From positions 64,001-128,000 of the forward strand of contig OY969801.1 of the NCBI GenBank assembly GCA_963703225.1: a stretch of 64,000 nt of DNA, given 5' to 3'. This document shows positions 47,459 to 56,869 of this stretch, one piece after another. The position numbers were made by a program, and so were the translations under genes. This stretch comes from Candidatus Eiseniibacteriota bacterium (GTDB lineage: Bacteria; Eisenbacteria; RBG-16-71-46; SZUA-252). Under the pieces are notes generated by a model. That model was not told the origin of the DNA, searched no databases, and saw only the letters and a program-made list of their open reading frames with translations. Position 1 is the stretch's first letter. Every line of letters starts with the position of its first letter.

Positions 47459-48960
47459 TGACGACCCGGGCGAAATGGAGCAGGAATTGGATCGCGATCC
47501 TCCTGGCGGCTGTCGTCTCTCTGGCGCCGTCGGGCCGACCCGGGTGCGCTCAGGCCCAAGAATCGGCCCCTCCGGCGGCACCGAACGCCGCGCCCCCCGA
47601 CACGGCGCCCGCTAACGCCGCGCCCCCCGACACGGCGGCGATTCCCGGGGTCACGAAGGTCGCCATCGCGTCGGACAGCCTCCACTACACGCCGCCGACC
47701 CCGAAATTCGCGCGCGCGTTCGGCGAGGTCTTCCTAACCAACTTTGTCGTCTGGGCGTACGACCGCTACATTCGCCCAGGCGGAGGTGTGGGATTCCGGG
47801 TCGGGATTCAGTCGTGGAAGGACAACGCCCTGAACGGATTTGAGTGGGACGACAACCAGTTCTCGACGAATCAGCTCGCGCATCCGTACCACGGCAGCCT
47901 CTACTTCAATGCCGCGCGCTCAGGCGGGTACGACTTCTGGGAATCGATTCCATTCGCGTTCGGCGGAAGTTTCATGTGGGAGTATTTCGGCGAGACGCAC
48001 AATCCTGCATTCAACGACTGGATCGCGACCAGCGTCGGCGGAACCACCCTGGGCGAGACCTTTTTCCGACTCTCGACGATCGTCACCGACAACACGGCCA
48101 CCGGCTCTGGGCGCACCTGGAAGGAGCTGGGGGGCCTGGCGATCAACCCCCTGCGGGGATTCAACCGGATCATCACCGGAGACTGGTCCAAGGTGCAGGC
48201 CAATCCTCCCGATCGCTACCCCAAGAGCTACGGCGTCAGCTATCGGGTCGGCTTCCGGACCGTGGGGCAGGACCACCTTTGGGACACCGATACCACACGG
48301 GTCTTCATGGACATGGGTGCGCGGTACGGGGATCCCTTCCTGGGCGAATACAAGAAGCCGTTCGAGTCGTTCGACTGGGGCGCGCAGCTCAACTTCGGGG
48401 ACAAGAAGACATTCGGCGGGATGCACGCACGCGGCATCCTCTACGGCGGGGAGATCAAGAAGACGGAGCATGCGCACCACGTGATTGCCGCCTATCAGCA
48501 CTACGACTACTACAATAACAACGCCTACGAGTTCGGCGGCCAGAGCGTCGGCGCTTCGCTCCTGTCGAAGATGACGACGAGCGAGGATTTCGAGGTGCGG
48601 ACCCAGCTCGACATGAACGTGCTACTCCTCGGCGGGACCAAGTCCGACTACATCAACTTCTCGGGCCGCAACTACGACTTTGGCCCTGGCCTCGGGTTCA
48701 AATTCGGCGGCGCGTTTCTCCTGAAGGGTCGGCCGTTCCTCCTGATCGGCCACGATGAGTACTGGATCCACTCGATGAACGGGACGGCGGCCGAGCACTA
48801 CATCACCGCGAGCCGGGTCCGGGTCGACGTGCCTCTCCCGCAGAAGCTCGCGATCTCGGTCGACTACCTCCTCTACACGGCGGACCGCAACTACAGGGAT
48901 TTCCCGGACGTCTACAGCCGCATCCCCGAGCTTCGAACCGCAATCGCCTTCGCCCTCTAG
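47458..48960 (+). CDS. DUF3943-domain outer-membrane protein
   Basis: WDDNQFSTNQLAHPYHGSLYFNAAR, WEYFGET..P..ND and GG..LGE motifs; TGATG coupling to the upstream gene. Confidence 0.8.
   Translation: MTTRAKWSRNWIAILLAAVVSLAPSGRPGCAQAQESAPPAAPNAAPPDTAPANAAPPDTAAIPGVTKVAIASDSLHYTPPTPKFARAFGEVFLTNFVVWAYDRYIRPGGGVGFRVGIQSWKDNALNGFEWDDNQFSTNQLAHPYHGSLYFNAARSGGYDFWESIPFAFGGSFMWEYFGETHNPAFNDWIATSVGGTTLGETFFRLSTIVTDNTATGSGRTWKELGGLAINPLRGFNRIITGDWSKVQANPPDRYPKSYGVSYRVGFRTVGQDHLWDTDTTRVFMDMGARYGDPFLGEYKKPFESFDWGAQLNFGDKKTFGGMHARGILYGGEIKKTEHAHHVIAAYQHYDYYNNNAYEFGGQSVGASLLSKMTTSEDFEVRTQLDMNVLLLGGTKSDYINFSGRNYDFGPGLGFKFGGAFLLKGRPFLLIGHDEYWIHSMNGTAAEHYITASRVRVDVPLPQKLAISVDYLLYTADRNYRDFPDVYSRIPELRTAIAFAL
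47584..47637 (+). repeat. Intragenic tandem duplication (30-bp period)
   Basis: AACGCCGCGCCCCCCGACACGGCG occurs at 47584 and 47614 and encodes NAAPPDTA twice in the linker. Confidence 0.9.
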
Positions 48961-48980
48961 GCTCCACCGGTCCTAAGTCC

Positions 48981-49008
48981 TTGACGGGGCACTACCCTGG
49001 AGTAAAAT
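48981..49008 (+). promoter_or_regulatory. Putative sigma70 promoter
   Basis: TTGACG, 16 nt, TAAAAT. Confidence 0.5.
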
Positions 49009-49093
49009 CACTCGCCGATCCGCAGACCGCTTCAAGCCGGGATGTCGCCGCCGGTAGTGCCGGAATGAGGACTCATCCAGAAAGAGGGGAACG

Positions 49094-49717
49094 ATGAATC
49101 GATTCGTGAAGGTATTCGCAGCGGTGCTCTGCGTCGTCGCCGTCTCCTGCGGCACGTCCTCGCAGCTTGTCCAGCGTTGGTCGGACCCGGCCTTTGTTGG
49201 CGAGCCCGGGCAGAAGATGATCATTATTGCCCTATCGAAAAGCGAGCGGAGCCAGAAGACCTGGGAGGGCGCGTTTGCCAACATTCTCCGAGAGGTCAAG
49301 GTCGATCCGATCGCGGGCTCGATGGTGCTGCCCAACACCAATATCGCCGACGAGGCGACACTCAAGGAGGCCGTGAGGAACTCGGGCGCCTCTCTCGCCG
49401 CCGTCACCCGCCTGGTGAGCGTCGATAAGGAGCAGACCTACGTGCAGGGTTCGGCCTACTACACGCCGGCGCCCGCGTACTACGGGTTCTACGGCTACTA
49501 CTCCAGCTCCTACGCCATGGTCTCAACCCCCGGTTACTATCAGACCGACAAGATCTACAGCGTGGAGACGAATGTTTACGACGTGAAGACGGAGAAACTG
49601 GTCTGGAGCGGTGTCACGGAGACGCTCAATCCGGAGACCGGCCAGGACGCCGCGAATTCCATCGCGACCACGATCGTGAACGACATGATCGCCAGCAAGG
49701 TGATCCGGACCAAGTAG
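49094..49717 (+). CDS. Lipoprotein (DUF4136-like)
   Basis: Lipobox AVS-C; Tyr-rich loop; VETNVYD....KLVWSG motif. Confidence 0.8.
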   Translation: MNRFVKVFAAVLCVVAVSCGTSSQLVQRWSDPAFVGEPGQKMIIIALSKSERSQKTWEGAFANILREVKVDPIAGSMVLPNTNIADEATLKEAVRNSGASLAAVTRLVSVDKEQTYVQGSAYYTPAPAYYGFYGYYSSSYAMVSTPGYYQTDKIYSVETNVYDVKTEKLVWSGVTETLNPETGQDAANSIATTIVNDMIASKVIRTK

Positions 49718-49748
49718 GGCGAACGCTCCTAATACACCGGAGGGATCG

Positions 49749-50442
49749 ATGCGGAATGGAATGAATCCCAGGATGGGATTTTGGGTCCTGTGCCTCGGCG
49801 CGGCCCTCACGCTCGCGACAGCGTCCACGGCGTCGGCGGAATATTACGGCTACACGAAGCATGCCGGCGCGGAGCTGACGGTCTATGGGGGCGGCTACTT
49901 CGGCGGCGACATCTACTCGGGCACGTACGGCGGGCTGTCAGCGCGACGTGAACGTCGACGACGATTGGAGCTACGGCGGCCGGCTCGCCTATGTCTTCAA
50001 CGGCATGGTCGCGCTGGAGGGGGGTTACGGTCACTCGGACGCTGCGATGACGCTGGGCGTCGGAGCCGGCCAACTCCCGTCGAACATCGGCGACCTGACG
50101 GAAAACCGGTACGAGTTGAACCTCAATTTCTATACGAACCCCGGCCCCGTCCAGGGATACTTCACGCTGGGAGGCGGAGCCACCGACTTCAAGGCCAAGT
50201 TCGAGAACGGTCAAAGCGCGAGCGACACGCGCTTCACGAGCAACATCGGGCTCGGGATCAAGTTCTCGAGCAGCCCGAAGGTGGCGCTGCGCCTCGACGG
50301 ACGGTGGCGCTACACCGATACCAACATCGGCGGCACGTCCTACTACTGTGACTTCTACGGCTTCTGCTACGCCTACGATAACTCTTACTACGGGAGCGGC
50401 GAGTTTACGGGCGGCTTGACCTACTCGCTCGGCGGCAAATAG
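49749..50442 (+). CDS. Small outer-membrane beta-barrel protein; +1 frameshift near 49938
   Basis: Signal peptide in ORF 49749. Removing one base at ~49938 joins ...GTYGGL to QRDVNVDDDWSYGGRLAY...GGLTYSLGGK. Confidence 0.78.
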
Positions 50443-50535
50443 CGACGAGTGGTGTGGGACGGCGGGCGGGCCCGGTTGGGCGCCCCGCCGTTCTCGTTTC
50501 TGGGCGTCCCGCAGGGGCAAACGTCCCGCCGCCGG

Positions 50536-51234
50536 TCAGCCCGTCCCACCGTCCTCTTCGCTCGGAACCGTTCCCGCCGGCGGGATGCGGTCCGGATCTC
50601 GGCGCCACACTAGGAATGAGTAGACAACGGTCCACAGCACTCCGAGCATGGTGGCCCCGAACGCGGTGAAGATGAAGCTCTGGGATCCCGTCACTCCCGC
50701 CGTCGCGACGAGAATCCCGCCCACCATGAGCAGCCACCCGGCGAGCCGGTGGGTTCGCACCCAGGAGGTCTTGCTCGAGAGCGTCCACGGCGTGCGAACG
50801 CCCACGAACCAATTGGGGCGGATCTTTCCCAGCACACCTCCGACCAAGATCAATAGGACCCCTGCGAGGAGGGGAGCCATCCGCCCTATGTCGACGTCGC
50901 GGCCGCGCATCGCGAGCAGGATCAGGCCGTAGAGGAGCGCGAAGAAACCGATCATGCCGGCTCGAAGCGCGTAGTAGGCCCCCGCGAACATGGGATAGTT
51001 GAGCCTGCCCGGGTCGAGGCGGGGCATGAACAGCATCGAGCCGTAAATCGCAAGCGTGATCAGGGGCAGAAGAAGAAGCCCTTCGAACCTGCCCCCGTAG
51101 CCGTTGACGCGTCCATCCATACCCCAGTGGATCGGGATTCGATCCGGCGCAGTGGGCCACGCCACAGCCGCGGCCACGAACATCGCCGCGATGAGGATCC
51201 AGAGAGGAAGCTCGGACCGCCAGGACACCTTCAT
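50536..51234 (-). CDS. sdpI: SdpI-family immunity protein (DUF1648 + SdpI)
   Basis: PDRIPIHW...G.VNG and PNWFVGVRTPWTL.S..SW.RTHR motifs. Confidence 0.88.
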   Translation of the reverse strand: MKVSWRSELPLWILIAAMFVAAAVAWPTAPDRIPIHWGMDGRVNGYGGRFEGLLLLPLITLAIYGSMLFMPRLDPGRLNYPMFAGAYYALRAGMIGFFALLYGLILLAMRGRDVDIGRMAPLLAGVLLILVGGVLGKIRPNWFVGVRTPWTLSSKTSWVRTHRLAGWLLMVGGILVATAGVTGSQSFIFTAFGATMLGVLWTVVYSFLVWRRDPDRIPPAGTVPSEEDGGTG

Positions 51235-51521
51235 GTTCGATTCCCCTTTCCACGCCCGCCGACCCCGAGGACCGAAAGGATGGCCCCAACCGCCTCCTCG
51301 TGGGCGGAGAGGCTAAGGCTGTACACGATCTTCGTACCCATGCGCTCGGAGACCACCAGCCCGGCATGTCTGAGCGCGCTGAAGTGGCCCGAGAGCGTGG
51401 ACTTGGCCAGGTTGAAGCGCTCCGCGATTTCGCCCGCGGTCATGTCGCGCTTTCGAAGCAGGCGGAGGATCTCCCGTCGGGTGGGGTCGCTCAGAGCCCG
51501 GAACACCTCGTCGATTCCCAA
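51231..51521 (-). CDS. ArsR/SmtB-family repressor, SdpR-like
   Basis: AAGGAGG RBS, TTG start at 51521; VFRALSDPTRREIL.LL...DMTAGEIA..F......LS.HF..L..AGLV. Confidence 0.9.
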   Translation of the reverse strand: MGIDEVFRALSDPTRREILRLLRKRDMTAGEIAERFNLAKSTLSGHFSALRHAGLVVSERMGTKIVYSLSLSAHEEAVGAILSVLGVGGRGKGNRT

Positions 51522-51531
51522 GAGAGCCTCC

Positions 51532-51587
51532 TTCGGTAATTCGCCAAATACCGAAATAAATATCGGCGGAGGGGCGCCGGATGTCAA
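51532..51587 (-). promoter_or_regulatory. Promoter with an ArsR-type inverted-repeat operator
   Basis: Minus strand: TTGACA, 17 nt, GATATT. Inverted repeat TTCGGTAATT-cgcc-AAATACCGAA (51532-51555, 9/10 match) lies between the -10 and the RBS. Confidence 0.7.
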
Positions 51588-51628
51588 CCGTAATTCGGAG
51601 GGCAAATCGCAAGCCAGTGGGAGAGGGG

Positions 51629-54219
51629 CTAAATCGCGAGCCAGTAAGTGATCTTGGCGAGGAGGGTGTTCTCGGGCTCGTTGTTGAAGAGCTCACCGTG
51701 CCCGATGTTGTTGTTGAAGCTGCCCGGATCGGACGTGTGGTAGTCGCGCTCGTCGTAGTGGTTCCGGCCCTGGGTCCAGACGAAGTAGAAGGTGCTTCCA
51801 GGGCGGTACTCCCAGCGGTAGACCGCGTTGATGTTCACGGCGGCGTAGCTGAAATCGAAGTTGTGGGCCTCGTATCCCAGCTCCATGTACGGGTAGAGGT
51901 CGTAGCTGTCGGGGCGGAGCAGCTCCCGCACGCGGCTGTAGTTTCCCACCGATAGATAGGGCTGCGCGTAAAGCTCCAGCGACTGGGTCCGCGTGAACAG
52001 GATGTTCGACCGGAGCGTGAGGTCGATCGTCTTCTGGTGGATATCCCCGAACACGTAGCTCAGGCCGCCGATCCCAACCCCTCCCGGACGCGACGATAGA
52101 TTCACCGTTTCCAGGTACTGGGTATCGTCGACCCGGTCGTGAAGCCCCAGTGAGACGTTGTGGTTCAGGGCGCTGCTCTGATTCCACTGGGTGGTGAGCG
52201 TGACGTCCGTGCTGGCGTTGAGCGCCGTGTCCCGGTAGTAGGATCCCTCCAGTGTGACGATGAAGCCTTTCCGCGTATCGGTCTTGGCGCCAAGCCAACC
52301 GCCGTAAGTGAGCGGCTCGCGGATCAGCGGCCCGCCCCGCGTCTCGTAGCGATGCGTCCCCTCGCCGTTACCGGAGACTCCCCACCAGCCTTCCCGGTAA
52401 TTTCGGAATTGGAACCAGCCATTCAACTGCACCCCCGAATACTGGGGATGCCCCGCGCCGTATTCCCACGCTTGGGCGCCGGTCACGACGTCGTAGCCCG
52501 CGCGCGGCGCGTAGATCCAGCTCTTCCACGCATTCAGGTTCAGCTCTCCTCGGTTGAAGGTCTTGCTCTTCCCCTCCGGGTCGTAGGGGTAGTAGAGGTA
52601 AGCGCTGGAGGAGATCTCGTCGGGAGACTGGAGGTAGCCGATATCGTTGATCTCGAGCTTGGATGCCTCCCAGCGGCCGCTCACGCCGCCCTGCAGCTTT
52701 CCGCCCCGGCGGCGGATGTCGAGCGCCCCGCCGGTGCCGTAGACAGGGGCGCCGGTGATCGTGGAATCGGCGGCCGACGTCTCCGGATCGATGATCGAGC
52801 CGACGAAGGAGCCCTGGATGTTGAACTCGCGGTTCTTGGAGTTGAGGTCGAAGTCGAGCCCGGTCGTATAGGCCTCGCGGGAGGGCGAGTCGCCAAACTG
52901 AATCCCGGTTCGCCGTGTTGAAGACCGCGGTCTGCATCACGTTGAACCGATTTCGGCCCCCGGAAAACTCCTTGCCCAGCCGCGCGACCGCGTAGCGAGA
53001 GAGCTGCGAGCCGTTCTTGAAGAGGTTGTGGGCCTGACCTTCGGCCGTGATGTCGGTCGAGGCCGCCATCGCCGCGACCGAGACGCCGCCCCACGTCTTG
53101 CCGGTCAGCTTGGCCGCGTACCGAATCCGAGAGTTCGGGTCCCCGGTCCCGATCCGCCTCGAGTAGAAGAGATTGAAATCCGGGTGCTGGAAGAAGCGGC
53201 TCCCCTCGATGAAGAAGGGGCGCTTCTCCTCGTAGAAGGTCTCGAAGGGGGAGAGGTTGAGCACGGCCGGGATCGGCTTCCACCTGGCCGAAGTCGGGCT
53301 GCACCGTGGCGTTCAGCGTCAGATCGCCCGTGATCCCGTACTTGAGATCCGCGCCGACGTTCTGGAAGCCCTCGATCTGGTCTTCGGGGCCATCCATCGA
53401 CGGATCGGTGGACCGCTGCACCACGTAGGGCAGAAGCTCGATCTGCCGCGGGGGCCGGATCCCCTCGATGCCGGTCAACATTCCGAAGTGGCTCACCATT
53501 CCGTGGGCGTTCCGGTCCCAGATCACCCACGCGGTGTCCTCGCCCCGCCCCTGCATGTAGCGGTAGACCTGGAGCCCCCAGGTCATGGACGGCCCGGTCT
53601 TGTATCGGATCGCCGAGAAGGGGATCCGGATCTCCGCGTACCACCCCTCGGCGTCGCGAGAGGTCGCCGCCTCCCAGACCGCGTCCCAGTCATCGTCGCG
53701 GTCACCGTCATTGTAGATGTAGCTGTCCAGCTGGACGCCGAGCGGATTCACCCGGAAGTTGTATCCGGTCGTCCGATCGAAGTAGGGATCGACGTAGATG
53801 CTGACGAGATCGGATTTCGAGTCGCGATCGCGGCGCGCGAGATTGGCGACGATCTTGGATGGGTCGTGCTCCAAGCAAGCGACGCCAAAGTAGACCGCCC
53901 CCTCGTCGTAGGCGACTTTGAAGATCGTCTCCTCCGAGGGGTTGGCCCCGCGGTCCGGATCCCAGACGCGGAACCCCTGTCCCGGCTCGATCGACCGCCA
54001 CGCGTTGTCGTCGAGCTTCCCATCGACGCGGATCTCTCCGCCCCCGTTCAGGCGGTGTGCCCGAATCGACGGGGCGGCCGCCTTCCTGCCATCGGAGCTG
54101 TCGGCGGACGTGCCCAGGCTCGTCGGCGTGAACCCCTCGAATCCAGCCGCCGGCGTCCCGGCCAGGAATAGCGCCGATGTGGAGATGGCCGCCGCCAATG
54201 TTATGTGTTTGCAGCACAT
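51629..54219 (-). CDS. CBM9-like + DUF5916 outer-membrane protein; two +1 frameshifts (~53270, ~52901)
   Basis: Signal peptide; I.VDG.LDD..W, GWYAEIRIPF and TVQPDFGQVEADP motifs. Continues as AVLNLSPFETFYEEKRPFF, then DQFGDSPSREAYTTGLDF..., ending RWEYRPGSTFYFVW...KITYWLAI. Confidence 0.85.
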
Positions 54220-54530
54220 AATCTTACAACCTCCTGCGGCGCTTTCTTGGCTGGTAGCGGGTGGATCCGGGCGGGGGGGTCGCTCGTGATCTCTACGCGC
54301 CCGAAGATGCAATCGTTTCGACAGGGCGCGGGAGGAAAGCGTTGGAACGGTAACGGGAGTCAGTCAACGGTCGGTACCGGCGCGGGCCGTTCAGGCCGCG
54401 CGAAGCCCAACTCATCTTCGCTTCCGGCGCCCCAAAGGGCTCACCATTCTCCGCTCACGTGACGATGAATTGTATACTCAGAGTTCTCTCAAGGCGCGCC
54501 CTTTTCTGTCACGCGATATGGGATGACGAC

Positions 54531-56810
54531 ATGCTCTGGATTCTGATGGGGTTGATCGCGCTGGGGATCGTATTCACGTTCCCGCCCGTGCGACGGCTCT
54601 TGGTGACCCGCTGGATCATGCCGATACTGGCGGGGACGCTTCCCCGAATGGGTGAGACCGAGCGGATCGCGCTCGAGGCGGGGACCGTCTGGTGGGAGGC
54701 CGAGCTCTTCTCGGGGCATCCGCGCTGGAAGAAGCTGATGGAGGCGCCCAAGCCCACGCTGACCGATCGGGAGCAGGCCTTTCTCGACGGTCCCGTCAAT
54801 GAGCTCTGCCGGATGGTCGACGACTGGGACGTCATCCAGAGCGGCGATCTCCCGCCGGCCGCGTGGGAGTTTCTCAAGAAGAATCGATTCTTCGGGATGA
54901 TCATTCCCCAGGAATACGGCGGGCTGGGATTCTCCGCGCTCGCCCACTCCGCGGTCATCACGCGCCTCTCGAGCCGAAGCGTCACGGCCGCGGTCACCGC
55001 GATGGTGCCCAACTCGCTCGGCCCGGCTGAGCTCCTTCTCCACTACGGAACCGAAATCCAGAAGCGCCACTATCTCCCGCGCCTGGCCCAGGGAGACGAA
55101 ATACCCTGCTTCGCGCTCACCGAGCCCGAGGCGGGCAGCGACGCCACCGCGCAGCAGAGCACCGGCGTGATTTGCCGGGGCGTCTACGAGGGGCGGGATG
55201 TGCTGGGGATGCGCCTCAACTGGAACAAGCGCTACATCACCCTCGCGTCGGCGGCCACGGTGTTGGGCCTCGCGTTCCGCCTCCACGATCCGGACCGGCT
55301 GCTCCGGGGCGATACGGATCTCGGGATCACCTGCGCCCTCCTTCCCGTCGGGCTCCCGGGGATCGAGATCGGGGAGAGGCACGACCCGCTCGGTGTGCCC
55401 TTTCTGAACGGCCCTACCTACGGCAAGGACGTTTTCGCGCCACTCGATTGCATCATCGGCGGACCCACGATGGCGGGGAAGGGCTGGAGGATGCTGATGG
55501 ATTGCCTCGCGGCGGGCCGAGGGATCTCGCTCCCTTCGCTCTCGGTGGGAGCCGCCCAGCTCGCCGCGCGGACCACGAGCGACTACGCCAACGTCCGCGA
55601 GCAATTCGGGCTGCCGATCGGGCGATTCGAGGGAATCGAGGAGCCGCTGGCGCGAATCGCGGGCCATACCTATTTCATGGACGCGACGCGACGGCTCACG
55701 CTGGGGGCCATCGACTCGGGGCAGAAGCCGGCGGTGGTCTCGGCGATCGTGAAGCGCTACCTGACGGAAGGGATGCGCGCCGTCGTGAACGACGCGATGG
55801 ACATTCAAGCAGGCGCCGCGATCGTGCGGGGCCCGCGGAACATCCTGGCTGGCGCCTATGCCTCGGTGCCGATCGGCATCACGGTGGAAGGAGCGAACAT
55901 CCTCACGCGATCGCTGATCATCTACGGCCAGGGGGCGATCCGCTGCCATCCCTACGTGCAGGAGGAGATGCGCGCGATTGCGGCGAACGATCTCCCGGCC
56001 CTCGACCGCGCGTTCTTCGGCCACCTCGGCCACGTGATCGCCACCAAGGTGCGGACGTTCTGGCTGGCGGTGAGCGGCGGAAGGCTCGCGATAGTTCCGG
56101 CCAAGGGACCGGCCGGCCGGCTCCTCGCCCAGCTCTCGCGCTACAGCGCGGCATTCGCGTTGGTCTCGGACGCCGCGATGGCGACCCTGGGTGGAACGCT
56201 GAAGCGCCGCGAGCGGCTCAGCGGCCGTCTGGCCGACGCGCTCGCGTGGATGTACATCGGCTCGGCCGTCGCCAAGCGCTTCCACGACGACGGGCAGCCC
56301 CAGCGGGATATCCCGCTTCTCCGCTGGTCCGCGGCGCATGCGCTCCACGAAATCCAGACGGCGCTCCAGGGGGTGCTCGACAATCTGCCGAACCGTCCGG
56401 TGGCGTGGGCGCTTCGGCTGTCGATCTTCCCGTTCGGCGCGCGCCTCCGCCCGCCGAGCGACCGGGTGAGCAGCTCGGTGGCCAAGCTGGTGCTCTCCGA
56501 TCGCGAAGCGCTCGTGCGGTTGACCGGGGATATCTACGTTCCCTCGCCGGAGGAGGCGGGGCTTGGGAAGCTCGAGGCCGCGGCCGCCAAGATCGCGGCG
56601 GCGGCACCGATCGATCGGAAGATCCGCGACGCCGTCCGGGCCAAGAAGATCCGGGATCTCGAAGGCGATGATCTCCTTGATGCGGCGCTCCGCGCGGGGA
56701 CGATCACCGATCAGGAGCGCTGCCACGCGCGGGAAGCGGCCCGGGCGCGGCACGACGTCATCCAGGTCGATTCATTCGGGACCGCCGAGTATTTGAAGCT
56801 GAGACGGTAG
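54531..56810 (+). CDS. fadE: Acyl-CoA dehydrogenase (FadE-type, with DUF1974-like C-domain)
   Basis: TE..ALEAGTVWWE.ELFSG.P, MVPNSLGPAELL, FALTEPEAGSDA, WNKRYITLA and ITVEGANILTR motifs. Confidence 0.92.
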   Translation: MLWILMGLIALGIVFTFPPVRRLLVTRWIMPILAGTLPRMGETERIALEAGTVWWEAELFSGHPRWKKLMEAPKPTLTDREQAFLDGPVNELCRMVDDWDVIQSGDLPPAAWEFLKKNRFFGMIIPQEYGGLGFSALAHSAVITRLSSRSVTAAVTAMVPNSLGPAELLLHYGTEIQKRHYLPRLAQGDEIPCFALTEPEAGSDATAQQSTGVICRGVYEGRDVLGMRLNWNKRYITLASAATVLGLAFRLHDPDRLLRGDTDLGITCALLPVGLPGIEIGERHDPLGVPFLNGPTYGKDVFAPLDCIIGGPTMAGKGWRMLMDCLAAGRGISLPSLSVGAAQLAARTTSDYANVREQFGLPIGRFEGIEEPLARIAGHTYFMDATRRLTLGAIDSGQKPAVVSAIVKRYLTEGMRAVVNDAMDIQAGAAIVRGPRNILAGAYASVPIGITVEGANILTRSLIIYGQGAIRCHPYVQEEMRAIAANDLPALDRAFFGHLGHVIATKVRTFWLAVSGGRLAIVPAKGPAGRLLAQLSRYSAAFALVSDAAMATLGGTLKRRERLSGRLADALAWMYIGSAVAKRFHDDGQPQRDIPLLRWSAAHALHEIQTALQGVLDNLPNRPVAWALRLSIFPFGARLRPPSDRVSSSVAKLVLSDREALVRLTGDIYVPSPEEAGLGKLEAAAAKIAAAAPIDRKIRDAVRAKKIRDLEGDDLLDAALRAGTITDQERCHAREAARARHDVIQVDSFGTAEYLKLRR

Positions 56811-56869
56811 CCTCCCGCCCGCGGCCGGTCTCCGGCACGCAGTGCGGGCAGGACCGGCGCCTGCTAACG

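Noticed and set aside
47584..47637. Direct repeat as a CRISPR remnant
   Set aside because: Only two copies, in frame within a Pro/Ala linker, with no spacer and no cas genes.
54345..54380. GTAAC/GTCAA/GTACC pentamers between the DUF5916 gene and fadE as a Pho box
   Set aside because: Only two weak units are 11 nt apart and the GTAAC is out of phase.
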